A stretch of 64,000 nt of DNA from Planctomycetota bacterium (GTDB taxonomy: Bacteria; Planctomycetota; UBA11346), in contig JAFLCQ010000004.1 in assembly GCA_017302815.1 (NCBI GenBank), forward strand, positions 492-64,491, read 5' to 3'. The translations under genes and the position numbers were made by a program. The notes under the pieces were generated by a model, which did not search any database, was not told the origin of the DNA, and was given only the letters and a program-made list of their open reading frames with translations. Position 1 is the first letter of the stretch. Every line of letters starts with the position of its first letter. Below, in pieces: positions 1-7,450 of the stretch.

Positions 1-1501
1 CGATGTAGCCGTCGAGGTCAGCCTTCTTGCCGGTGCCCTCGGTCATCGTGTGGGTCATCGCCTGTTCGATCTGCGCGGCGTCCTCGGGGGCGAATACGAT
101 CGTGCGTTCGCCAGCGTCGGGAGGCAGCGGCAGATCCTTGGCCCCCGCGGCGCCCTCCTGCCAGATCCGCTTGACCAGACGCGGCGGCAGCCACATGCCG
201 CGGTTGGCGATGGCGGCGTGCGCCATCACCAGCTGGATCGGCGTGACTGCGATCTCGTGGCCCATCGGCACCGACATGCAGGCACCGAGCTGGTTCCACT
301 TGTCCTTGGGATTGACGATGCCGGCTCCCTCGCCGGGCAGGCAGACGCCCAGCTTGTGGCCGAAGTTCATCTTGCGCACCCAGTCGTAGAGGCGCTCGGG
401 ACCCAGCCGCAGGCCCAGCTTGGCCATGAGGATGTTGTCCGACAGGGCGATGCCCTCGGTCACGGTCAGGTTGCCGTGGCCACCATGGGTGACGGAATGG
501 TCGCTGATGGTGCGGGCGGCCTTGCCGACGCGGTGGGTCCAGCGGCCGCGCTCGCAGAAGATCGATTCGTTCCAGCTGGTCAGCCCTTCGGCCTCGGCGG
601 CGCCGGCGATCAGCGGCTTGAAGGTCGAGCCGGGTTCGAAGACCATCTGCACGGCGCGGTTGTTCAGCGCGTCGGGGTTGAAGCTGGCGCGGTCGGTCGG
701 ATCGAAGGTGGGATAGCTGGCCATCGCCACGATCTCGCCGGTCAGCGCGCGTACCACCAGGCCGGCGACGCCCTTGGGGCGGTGCTTGGCGCCGGCCTCA
801 GCGACCGCCGCCTCGAGCTCCTCCTGTATGGCGACCTCGATGGTCAGCTGCACATTGGCGCCATGGATCGGCGGCACGGTCTCGCCGCTGGCGTCGAGGA
901 CCGGCTTGCCCAGGGCGTCGATCTGCAGGGTCTCGCGGCCGGGGGTGCCGGCCAGGCGCGCATCGAGGGTCTGTTCGAGGCCGCCGCCGCCCTTGCCGTC
1001 GGCGTTGACGAAGCCGATCACATGCGGGGCGATGGCTCCGCCCGGCCAGGCCCGGCTGGCCTCGCGGGTCAGGGTCAGGCCGGCCAGCTTCAGCGCGCGC
1101 ACCGCCTGCGCCTGCTCATCGCTGAGCCCGCGCGCCAGGGTGCGTCCATTCTTGCCGCTCTCGAACTGGCGGCGCAGGGCGTCGCGGTCGACTTCCGGGA
1201 TGATGCGCGCGAGCTCGATGGTGGCGCGCAGGCGGTCGTCCATGAACGACGGATCGGCGGCCAGCGTCCAGCCCGCCTGGCTTACCGCGATCGGGGCCCC
1301 GCTGCCGTCGTAGATCGCGCCGCGGCTGGCCGGCAGGACCCAGGTGCGCACACGCTGGCGCTCGCCGCGCTCGCGCAGCGCCGGACCCTCCTCGACCTGG
1401 AGGTGGTGCAGGCGGAAGCCGAGGACGCCGAAGAGGCCGACGAAGATCGCCAGCAGCAGCGCCGCGCGCCAGATGCGGGGAGGGGGTCCGGGATGGTTCA
1501 C
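1..1501 (-). CDS. ftsI: Peptidoglycan D,D-transpeptidase FtsI (PBP3), C-terminus cut by window edge
   Basis: Hand-translated minus frame is open from base 1 up to a GTG at 1501 that overlaps the ftsL stop (GTGA). N-terminal TM helix RIWRAALLLAIFVGLFGVLGF; transpeptidase boxes STFK and SDN; position directly after ftsL. Not in the ORF track because it has no in-window stop. Confidence 0.85.
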   Translation of the reverse strand, partial: MNHPGPPPRIWRAALLLAIFVGLFGVLGFRLHHLQVEEGPALRERGERQRVRTWVLPASRGAIYDGSGAPIAVSQAGWTLAADPSFMDDRLRATIELARIIPEVDRDALRRQFESGKNGRTLARGLSDEQAQAVRALKLAGLTLTREASRAWPGGAIAPHVIGFVNADGKGGGGLEQTLDARLAGTPGRETLQIDALGKPVLDASGETVPPIHGANVQLTIEVAIQEELEAAVAEAGAKHRPKGVAGLVVRALTGEIVAMASYPTFDPTDRASFNPDALNNRAVQMVFEPGSTFKPLIAGAAEAEGLTSWNESIFCERGRWTHRVGKAARTISDHSVTHGGHGNLTVTEGIALSDNILMAKLGLRLGPERLYDWVRKMNFGHKLGVCLPGEGAGIVNPKDKWNQLGACMSVPMGHEIAVTPIQLVMAHAAIANRGMWLPPRLVKRIWQEGAAGAKDLPLPPDAGERTIVFAPEDAAQIEQAMTHTMTEGTGKKADLDGYI

Positions 1502-1773
1502 CTGCTGGCGACCTTCGACGGCGGCTGCAGGGGCAGGCCGAGGCGGTTGACCGCCTGGTCCAGGGAGGGCGCGCTGGCCAGCCAGTCGATCTCGGCGCGC
1601 AGCTTGTCCTGCTGCACCGACAGCTCGCGCCGCTCCTTGTGGTCGAGGCCGCGCTTGCGCTCGAGGGCGGTCTTCTCGCCGCTGGCGACGGCGATGGCTA
1701 TGGCGATCCACACGCCCATGCCGATCCACACCAGGGCCAGGCAGAGGTGGAAGCGCGATTCTCCGGGGTTCAT
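1498..1773 (-). CDS. ftsL: Cell division protein FtsL
   Basis: Internal ATG of ORF 1498..1875 gives 91 aa: MNPGESRFHLCLALVWIGMGVWIAIAIAV followed by a coiled-coil-like segment. ATGA overlap with the rsmH stop; lies between rsmH and ftsI. Confidence 0.6.
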   Translation of the reverse strand: MNPGESRFHLCLALVWIGMGVWIAIAIAVASGEKTALERKRGLDHKERRELSVQQDKLRAEIDWLASAPSLDQAVNRLGLPLQPPSKVASR

Positions 1774-2642
1774 GCGACTCTCCTGGCCCAGCGCAGCTTG
1801 GCGCTGTGGGCGCGGGGGTTGGCTTCGGTCTCGGGATCCTGCGGCACGACCGGCTTGCGGGCGATCTCGGCCCACAGGCCGCGGTCGCGCTGGGCGCGGA
1901 AGGAGGTCTTCACCAGGCGGTCCTCGAGGGAGTGGAACGAGATCACCACCGCTGTGCCGCCGGTGGCGACCAGGCGCGGGAGCTGGGCCAGCAGGGTCTC
2001 CAGTTCGCCGAGCTCATCGTTCACGGCGATGCGCAGGGCCTGGAAGGTGCGCAGGGCTGGATGGCGCGGCTGATGGCCCGGGACGCAGCCGCGGATCGCC
2101 TCGGCGAGACCGGCGGCGCTGTCCACCCCGGCGGCGCGGGCGCGCTTGAGGGCCGAGGCGATGCGGCGGCTGAGGCGCTCCTCGCCGTAACGGTAGATGA
2201 TGTCGGCGAGATCCGACTCGCGGGTGCGGTCGATCAGGGCGATGGCGTCGTCGGGGCAGCCGTCGCCCATGCGCATGTCGGCGCGGGCGGTGTCGCGCAG
2301 CGAGAAGCCGCGGCCGGCGTCGTCGATCTGCATGCTGCTGACCCCCAGGTCGGCCAGGACGCCGTCGAACGTCTCGCCCTCCGCGGCCAGCTGCACGGCC
2401 GCGTCGGCGAACGTCATCGCAAGCACCTGCAGCCGGTCGGCGTATCCGGCGAGGCGCTCCCGCGCGAGGTCCCGGGCGCGCGGGTCCCGGTCTATTCCTA
2501 CGACGGCCGCGCCGGCGGCGAGCAGCGCCGCGGTGTGGCCGCCGGCTCCCAGCGTGCAGTCGAGGAACCGCCTGCCGGGAGCCGGTGCGAGCAGCCCGAC
2601 CGACTCGTGCAGCAGGACGCTGACGTGAGGGGCGGGCTGCAT
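1770..2642 (-). CDS. rsmH: 16S rRNA (cytosine1402-N4)-methyltransferase RsmH (MraW)
   Basis: Internal ATG at 2642 gives MQPAPHVSVLLHESV... with DCTLGAGGHT, DLGVSSMQID and ISFHSLEDR motifs typical of RsmH. The upstream 74 codons of the track ORF are Pro/Ser/Arg-rich extension. Confidence 0.9.
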   Translation of the reverse strand: MQPAPHVSVLLHESVGLLAPAPGRRFLDCTLGAGGHTAALLAAGAAVVGIDRDPRARDLARERLAGYADRLQVLAMTFADAAVQLAAEGETFDGVLADLGVSSMQIDDAGRGFSLRDTARADMRMGDGCPDDAIALIDRTRESDLADIIYRYGEERLSRRIASALKRARAAGVDSAAGLAEAIRGCVPGHQPRHPALRTFQALRIAVNDELGELETLLAQLPRLVATGGTAVVISFHSLEDRLVKTSFRAQRDRGLWAEIARKPVVPQDPETEANPRAHSAKLRWARRVA

Positions 2643-2646
2643 GGCA

Positions 2647-2871
2647 TCAGGCGCTCGCGGCGAGCTCGGCCGGGGCCGTCTCGCCGGCGAAGCGGCGGAG
2701 GAAGTGGAGGTAGGGGCTCTCGTCGACGCGCACGCCGGCGCGTTCGAGCGCCTCGCGGCGCAGGCGAGACTCGTCCAGCGCGGACGCGAGCTGCTCGCGG
2801 TCCAGGGCGTGGACGTCCTCGGCGGCGGCGTCGAGGGCGGTGGTGAGGGTCGCGGAGACGGCATCGCACAT
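2647..2871 (-). CDS. Small hypothetical protein (74 aa) between mraZ-like gene and rsmH
   Basis: Internal ATG at 2871 preceded by AAAGGA. Acidic helical product MCDAVSATLTTALDAAAEDVHALDREQL... No family recognised. Confidence 0.3.
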   Translation of the reverse strand: MCDAVSATLTTALDAAAEDVHALDREQLASALDESRLRREALERAGVRVDESPYLHFLRRFAGETAPAELAASA

Positions 2872-2885
2872 GGCAGGGTCCTTTC

Positions 2886-3380
2886 TCACACGAGGATGAA
2901 CTGGGAGAGGTCGGGGGCGCCGACGGGTTCCGGAGCGTCGCTCCAGCGCCGGAACTCGTCGGGATTCCACACGTAGATGAGATCGCCGGTGGTGACGAAG
3001 AAGACGTCGCGATCGAGGTGCAGGTACTCGACCATCGCCTGCGGCAGCACCACGCGGCGCTGCTCGTCGATGGCCAGCCACTCGGCGCCGGCGTTGAGCT
3101 GCAGCACGAGACGCTGCTTGTCGAAGGCGCTCAGAACCTGGTCGTCGATGATGCGGCGCTCGCGACGGCGCAGCTCGGGCTCGGTGAGCAGCAGCAGGAC
3201 CGGCGAACGGTCGGCGGGCGCGGTCTTGCCCGGCATCCAGCTCGGCAGCGCGCGCACCTGCACGGGATTTCCCGCCAGCGACGCTGCGTCGCGGGGCAAT
3301 GTCACCTGGTTCTTCGGCGACAGGCGGTTGGTGCGCGGTGGGGTGAGCACGGAGGACTGACCTAGGTGCGGGTTATGCAA
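2886..3380 (-). CDS. mraZ: MraZ-like transcriptional regulator (divergent)
   Basis: First gene of the dcw cluster. Two AbrB/SpoVT-like half-repeats: NRLSPKNQVTLPRDAA and IDEQRRVVLPQAMVEYLHLDRDVFFVTTGDLIYVWNPDEF, resembling the MraZ DxxGR-hPxxhR repeat. The match is loose. Confidence 0.55.
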   Translation of the reverse strand: MHNPHLGQSSVLTPPRTNRLSPKNQVTLPRDAASLAGNPVQVRALPSWMPGKTAPADRSPVLLLLTEPELRRRERRIIDDQVLSAFDKQRLVLQLNAGAEWLAIDEQRRVVLPQAMVEYLHLDRDVFFVTTGDLIYVWNPDEFRRWSDAPEPVGAPDLSQFILV

Positions 3381-3524
3381 CTCGGCCCTACTCTTTGCAA
3401 CTGTTAACTACCACCGCATGTCGTTACTGATACAGGGGTTACAGGCCACAAATAGAGTCATTACAAACCCATAACGACGTCAGCGATTGCCGAATGCCCG
3501 GGTCGGCCTACAAGCCCACCCGCC

Positions 3525-4778
3525 ATGTCCGATACGCCGCTGCTCGCCGATCTCCTCAAAGCGCATATCGAGAACGCCGGCACCAGCGCCCGTGCCCTGG
3601 CCGAGAAGATCGACGCGAGCTACCCCAGCGTGCTGGCATGGATGTCGAAGGGCGGCATCCCGCGCAAACCCGAGCATCGCGAAGCCCTGCGCCGCGAACT
3701 CGCGCTGGCTCCGGACGTGTTCTCGCGCGTGCTCGCGGTCAGCTCGAAGGAGTCGATCGACCTGCCCGAGGACGGCCCGCTCGACCTGCGTCAGCTGGTG
3801 CTGAAGTGCCTCGGCGAGCGCAACCTCACCGAGCGCACCTTCGCCGACCTCGCCAACATCCCGTACGCGACGCTGATGGGCGTGACCCGTCGCGGCGCGG
3901 TGCCGCGCGGCGCCACCCTCGAGCAGCTCGCGCAGGCGCTCGGCCTGCCCATCGAAGAGGTGCGCGAGGCGGCCGGGCGGACGCGTGGCGAGGCGGAGGC
4001 TGCCGGCCACGCCGTCGAGGTGACCGACGAGCATGAGACCCGTTCGCACGGCGTCGCCGACCGTCCGTTGACCGCGCAGGTGCAACCCGAGGCTGCGCAT
4101 CCGGAACCGCCCAGCGGCGAACTCGCCCGCGTCGCCAACGAGCGTGTCGCCGCCAGCGGCCTGTCCGCCGCGGCCTACGCGCGCACGCACGGCCTGCCCT
4201 ACCTGGCGCTGTCGCGACTGCTGGCGACCGGCGAGGAACCCGAGGCTCCCGAGGTGCTGGCGCAGCTGCGTGCAGCCTTCCCGGCCGCCCCTCCGGCGCC
4301 CGTCGCCGCGCCGGAGAAGCCGCAGGTGCGTGATGACGATTCGCGCGCCCTGCACCGCAGCGACGACAGCGGCCCGCAGGCCGGGCATCCCCTGCATGCC
4401 GCCCTGCTCAAGATGGTTCGCGATCGCGGCTGGAGCCAGATGCGCTTCGCGCAGGAGAGCGGGCTGGCCGTGCCGACGGCCGCCAAGCTGCTGAAGGGCG
4501 AGCTGCCAGGCCGCGGTCCGACGCACCAGAAGCTGCGCGAGCTGCTCGGCCTTGACCAGGCCGCCTACGCCGCGCTCCTGCCGCCGACTCCGCAGCCGGC
4601 CGATGACGCCCCCGTGCGCCGCGCCACGCCCAGGCCGATGCCGGCGGTGCAGCCCGCCGTGCAGTCAGCCGCTGCCGGGGACAGCGATGAGCTCCGCCTG
4701 GTGCGCGCCATCGCCGAGCTGGATGCCAGCCAGCGCGCCGCGGTCTGGCAGCTGGTGCGCACCTTCCGCAAGCAGTAG
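3525..4778 (+). CDS. Hypothetical protein with four tandem XRE-like helix-turn-helix repeats
   Basis: 417-aa ORF. Four segments of the pattern G(T/L)SxxxhAxxxxhxYxxhxxhxxGxxP...L...LGL (starting about aa 7, 88, 205 and 300), separated by low-complexity Ala/Pro/Glu linkers. Confidence 0.6.
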   Translation: MSDTPLLADLLKAHIENAGTSARALAEKIDASYPSVLAWMSKGGIPRKPEHREALRRELALAPDVFSRVLAVSSKESIDLPEDGPLDLRQLVLKCLGERNLTERTFADLANIPYATLMGVTRRGAVPRGATLEQLAQALGLPIEEVREAAGRTRGEAEAAGHAVEVTDEHETRSHGVADRPLTAQVQPEAAHPEPPSGELARVANERVAASGLSAAAYARTHGLPYLALSRLLATGEEPEAPEVLAQLRAAFPAAPPAPVAAPEKPQVRDDDSRALHRSDDSGPQAGHPLHAALLKMVRDRGWSQMRFAQESGLAVPTAAKLLKGELPGRGPTHQKLRELLGLDQAAYAALLPPTPQPADDAPVRRATPRPMPAVQPAVQSAAAGDSDELRLVRAIAELDASQRAAVWQLVRTFRKQ

Positions 4779-4789
4779 CCGACCCGTCA

Positions 4790-5479
4790 TCACGAGGTGA
4801 TGACGCGGCCCTCCGGCCAGATCACACCGCTGAGCTTCCTTCCGGGCAGGCCGCCGCTGGTGTCGCAGAGGATGCGCTGCGCTGTGACCAGCGGCTGCGG
4901 CACGGGCAGGTGGCCGCTGACCAGCACGCAGTCCTCCGGCATGCCCGGCGGCACATCGCGGACATGGATCTTGTCGTAGAGGTGCTCGGGAGCCTCGCGC
5001 AGGTTGCGCCAGCCGTCGGCGAGCAGTGCCAGCTGCGCGTCCAGCGGCAGATCCGGGCGCATGCCGGCATGCACGGCGATCCAACCCTGGCCCTGCATGC
5101 ACCAGGGCAGCGACGCCAGCCAGGCGATGAGGTCCGCGCCCAGCGCACGGCGCAGGCCGCGGACGTCGGCGACGCGGTAGCTGTGCAGCACGCAGGCCCC
5201 GCCATGGCGTTCGCGCCACAGATCGAACCAGCGCGGATCCGCCTCCAGGCCGATGGTCGGCGCGCCGATGCCGCGCAGCAGGGCGTATTCGTGGTTGCCC
5301 AGCAGGCAGCGCATGCGCCCGGCGGCGCAGCCGGCGCGCACCCGGTCGAGCACCCCGGGCGCATCCGGGCCGCGGTCGATGAGATCGCCCATCAGCACGA
5401 TGTCGCCCTCGGCCTGGGCCAGGACGGCGTCCAGTCGAACGGACCAGCCATGCACATCGCCGATGAAGGTGACGGTCAT
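4790..5479 (-). CDS. Metallophosphoesterase (ApaH/PrpE-like Ser/Thr phosphatase family)
   Basis: MTVTFIGDVHG ... MGDLIDRGPD ... GNHE motifs. Start at the ATG at 5479 is preferred; the track ORF starts at 5509. Confidence 0.75.
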   Translation of the reverse strand: MTVTFIGDVHGWSVRLDAVLAQAEGDIVLMGDLIDRGPDAPGVLDRVRAGCAAGRMRCLLGNHEYALLRGIGAPTIGLEADPRWFDLWRERHGGACVLHSYRVADVRGLRRALGADLIAWLASLPWCMQGQGWIAVHAGMRPDLPLDAQLALLADGWRNLREAPEHLYDKIHVRDVPPGMPEDCVLVSGHLPVPQPLVTAQRILCDTSGGLPGRKLSGVIWPEGRVITS

Positions 5480-5579
5480 CGCCGGCATCATGCTGCGCCC
5501 CATCCGCATGCGCCAGTGCCGCCGCGTTGTGCATGCCCTTGACGGGAGGGGGTCGGCCCTACTATCCCGCGCTCCACCT

Positions 5580-5666
5580 GCGCGGGTGGCGGAATTGGCA
5601 GACGCACTAGCTTGAGGTGCTAGCGAAGTAAAATTCGTGGGGGTTCGAGTCCCCCCCCGCGCACCA
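5580..5666 (+). tRNA. tRNA-Leu (anticodon GAG), class II with long variable arm, CCA encoded
   Basis: Acceptor GCGCGGG / CCCGCGC. Anticodon stem CTAGC / GCTAG with loop TTGAGGT. T-arm GGGGG TTCGAGT CCCCC. Ends in ACCA at 5666. Confidence 0.9.
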
Positions 5667-5668
5667 CG

Positions 5669-5701
5669 AAACCCTCGGTGAAAACCGAGGGTTTTGATTT
5701 T
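5669..5701 (+). terminator. Rho-independent terminator after tRNA-Leu
   Basis: Stem AAACCCTCGG (5669-5678) / CCGAGGGTTT (5685-5694), loop TGAAAA, followed by a T-rich tail TTTTGATTTT. Confidence 0.7.
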
Positions 5702-5723
5702 CTAGATGAGCCGGTTTCTCAAC

Positions 5724-5779
5724 AGCGCTAACACTGAATACGCTAAAATACGCTAAAATACGCTACCCAGTGTTAGCGC
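5724..5779. repeat. 12-bp perfect inverted repeat flanking three 10-bp direct repeats, next to the tRNA/integrase junction
   Basis: GCGCTAACACTG (5725-5736) and its reverse complement CAGTGTTAGCGC (5768-5779) bracket TACGCTAAAA TACGCTAAAA TACGCTA (5739-5765). A further GCTAGCGCAGT copy follows at 5786-5796. Confidence 0.7.
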
Positions 5780-5836
5780 AGTAATGCTAGCGCAGTGATC
5801 TGTGGCTCCGCAGGCCATAGGTAAAGGGAAGAGTGG

Positions 5837-5864
5837 CCGGGGAGCCCCTTGCGAGGCTCCCCGG
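5837..5864 (-). terminator. GC-rich hairpin just after the integrase stop
   Basis: CCGGGGAGCC (5837-5846) / GGCTCCCCGG (5855-5864) with an 8-nt loop. On the minus strand it is followed by a CTTCCCTTT stretch. Confidence 0.45.
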
Positions 5865-5871
5865 CAGGCGT

Positions 5872-7110
5872 TCAGGCGGGCGTGTTCACCGCGGGCTTGG
5901 CGGTGGCGAGTTCCTCGGCAGCGGGGCGGTTCAACCGGCGGATGTCGTCGTCGTAGGCGGTGAGATGGGCGTACAGTTCTGTTACTGAAGCTGTACTGTG
6001 GCCCATCCATGCGGCGATCTTGTAGAGGCTGACCCCACGCTGGGCGAGGGTGCTGGCGAAGGTGTGCCGGAGCGCATGGGGGGTGATGACGCGGACATCG
6101 AGCTTGGCCTCGATGACCATGTCCTTGAACCCCTCGCGGAACTCCCAGCGGTACCGGGCCTTGTCGCGGTACCGCTTCTTCGGCGCCATGACGAAGCCGG
6201 CGGCCTGGCGGTACCTGGTGAAGATCGCCATCATCTCATCGCAGATCGGCACCGCGCGGTACGTGCCGCTCTTCGTGGTGAAGTCCTCGGTGTTGACGAT
6301 CTGGGCGGTCTTCCGGTCGATGTTGATGTCGGTCCACTGCAACGCGTTCATCTCGGCCTTCCGCAGGCCCAGGTAGACCCCGGTGGCGACGAGGAGGTGG
6401 TAGTCCCGCCCCTTCGCCGCGGCGACGGCGAGGAGACGATCGCGCTCCTCGGGGGAGAGGTAGCGCGGCATGCGCTTGGGCACCTTCGGCAACTTGATCG
6501 TCTTCGAGGGATCCTGCGCGAGCAGGCCGTGCTCGATGGCGAAGCCGCAGAGGCGCTTCAATGCGGCGACATGCCGCCGTACCGACTCGGCCGACATGCC
6601 CTCTGACTGGACCGTGGTGATCGACGCCAACAGCATCGCCGGGGTCAGGGCCGTGATGGGCGTCGTCGGCGGGATGGTGCGCAGGACGATCTGCCACGAG
6701 TACTTGTAGGTCGTCAGGGTGGACGACCGGACGGTCGCCGTTGCATGCGTCTCCAACTGGCGCACCAGATCAGAGAGGCTGGGGATAACGCCGGTGGTCG
6801 CCCCCAACGGTGCCGACCGTGGCGACCATGCCCCCGGCGTCTGGGCCAGACGCAGGTTCCAGGACTTGACCATCTCGGCGAACAGCGCGGTGACGCCATC
6901 GGCCGTGGCATGCGGATCCGGGGGGACAATGTCGACCTGCTGCTGGTGGTCCTTGATGGATCGCTTCGGGAACAACCAGCGCAGGGTCAGTGCTGATCCG
7001 CGGGCATGGAGGGCTGTCTGTTCACCATTTCCCGTTGCACGGGCACGGAAATGCGCCGTGCCGTGTGGCGTGGTGTAGCTACCCAAGGCGGCTTTGGCAG
7101 CGCGGGGCAT
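5872..7110 (-). CDS. int: Tyrosine recombinase / phage-type integrase
   Basis: C-terminal catalytic region: ...ATGVYLGLRKAEMNALQWTDI..., HALRHTFASTLAQRGVSLYKIAAWMGHSTASVTELYAHL (R...HxxR...Y signature). Adjacent to the tRNA. The true start may be internal. Confidence 0.85.
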   Translation of the reverse strand: MPRAAKAALGSYTTPHGTAHFRARATGNGEQTALHARGSALTLRWLFPKRSIKDHQQQVDIVPPDPHATADGVTALFAEMVKSWNLRLAQTPGAWSPRSAPLGATTGVIPSLSDLVRQLETHATATVRSSTLTTYKYSWQIVLRTIPPTTPITALTPAMLLASITTVQSEGMSAESVRRHVAALKRLCGFAIEHGLLAQDPSKTIKLPKVPKRMPRYLSPEERDRLLAVAAAKGRDYHLLVATGVYLGLRKAEMNALQWTDINIDRKTAQIVNTEDFTTKSGTYRAVPICDEMMAIFTRYRQAAGFVMAPKKRYRDKARYRWEFREGFKDMVIEAKLDVRVITPHALRHTFASTLAQRGVSLYKIAAWMGHSTASVTELYAHLTAYDDDIRRLNRPAAEELATAKPAVNTPA

Positions 7111-7125
7111 AGGGTGTCCTTGTGT

Positions 7126-7419
7126 TCAGGTGGTGAGCTCATCGGCCAGAGCGGCGATGCGCCCGGAATGGGAAGGGGTGGGATCGGTCGCCGTCATCGC
7201 GTCGGGGGAGGTCCCCTGGAGCGCGGCCAGCAGGGCGCGACGGTCGAAGCGGAGATGGCCGTTTGCCAATCGCAGCGCGGGTATGCGACGGGCTTTGACC
7301 TGTCGGCGGATCGTCTTCGTGGAGTAGCGCAGCAGAGCGGCGGCCTCGTCGACGGTGAGGAGGTCGTGGTTGTCGACCTGGCCCTGAGAACCCTGAAAAC
7401 CCTGAGAACCACCGGTCAT
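7126..7419 (-). CDS. Excisionase / AlpA-like helix-turn-helix DNA-binding protein
   Basis: LLTVDEAAALLRYSTKTIRRQVKARRIPALRLANGHLRFDRRAL is the excisionase-family HTH pattern. Immediately upstream of int. Confidence 0.65.
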   Translation of the reverse strand: MTGGSQGFQGSQGQVDNHDLLTVDEAAALLRYSTKTIRRQVKARRIPALRLANGHLRFDRRALLAALQGTSPDAMTATDPTPSHSGRIAALADELTT

Positions 7420-7450
7420 GTCGGGTTTCCAGGGTTGTCAGGGTTCTCAG
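7382..7450. repeat. Imperfect long palindrome built from 9-bp units across the DUF3987 stop / xis start junction
   Basis: CCCTGAGAA CCCTGAAAA CCCTGAGAA (7382-7408), then a 13-nt spacer containing the xis start codon, then GGTTTCCAGGGTTGTCAGGGTTCTCAG (7424-7450). The second arm is the reverse complement of the first arm with about 5 mismatches. Confidence 0.75.

Noticed and set aside
50-2149. 699-aa plus-strand ORF, the longest in the first 3 kb
   Set aside because: It is a shadow frame antisense to ftsI, ftsL and rsmH. Composition is Arg/Gly/Ala/Asp-rich with no motifs, while the opposite strand gives clear FtsI and RsmH signatures.
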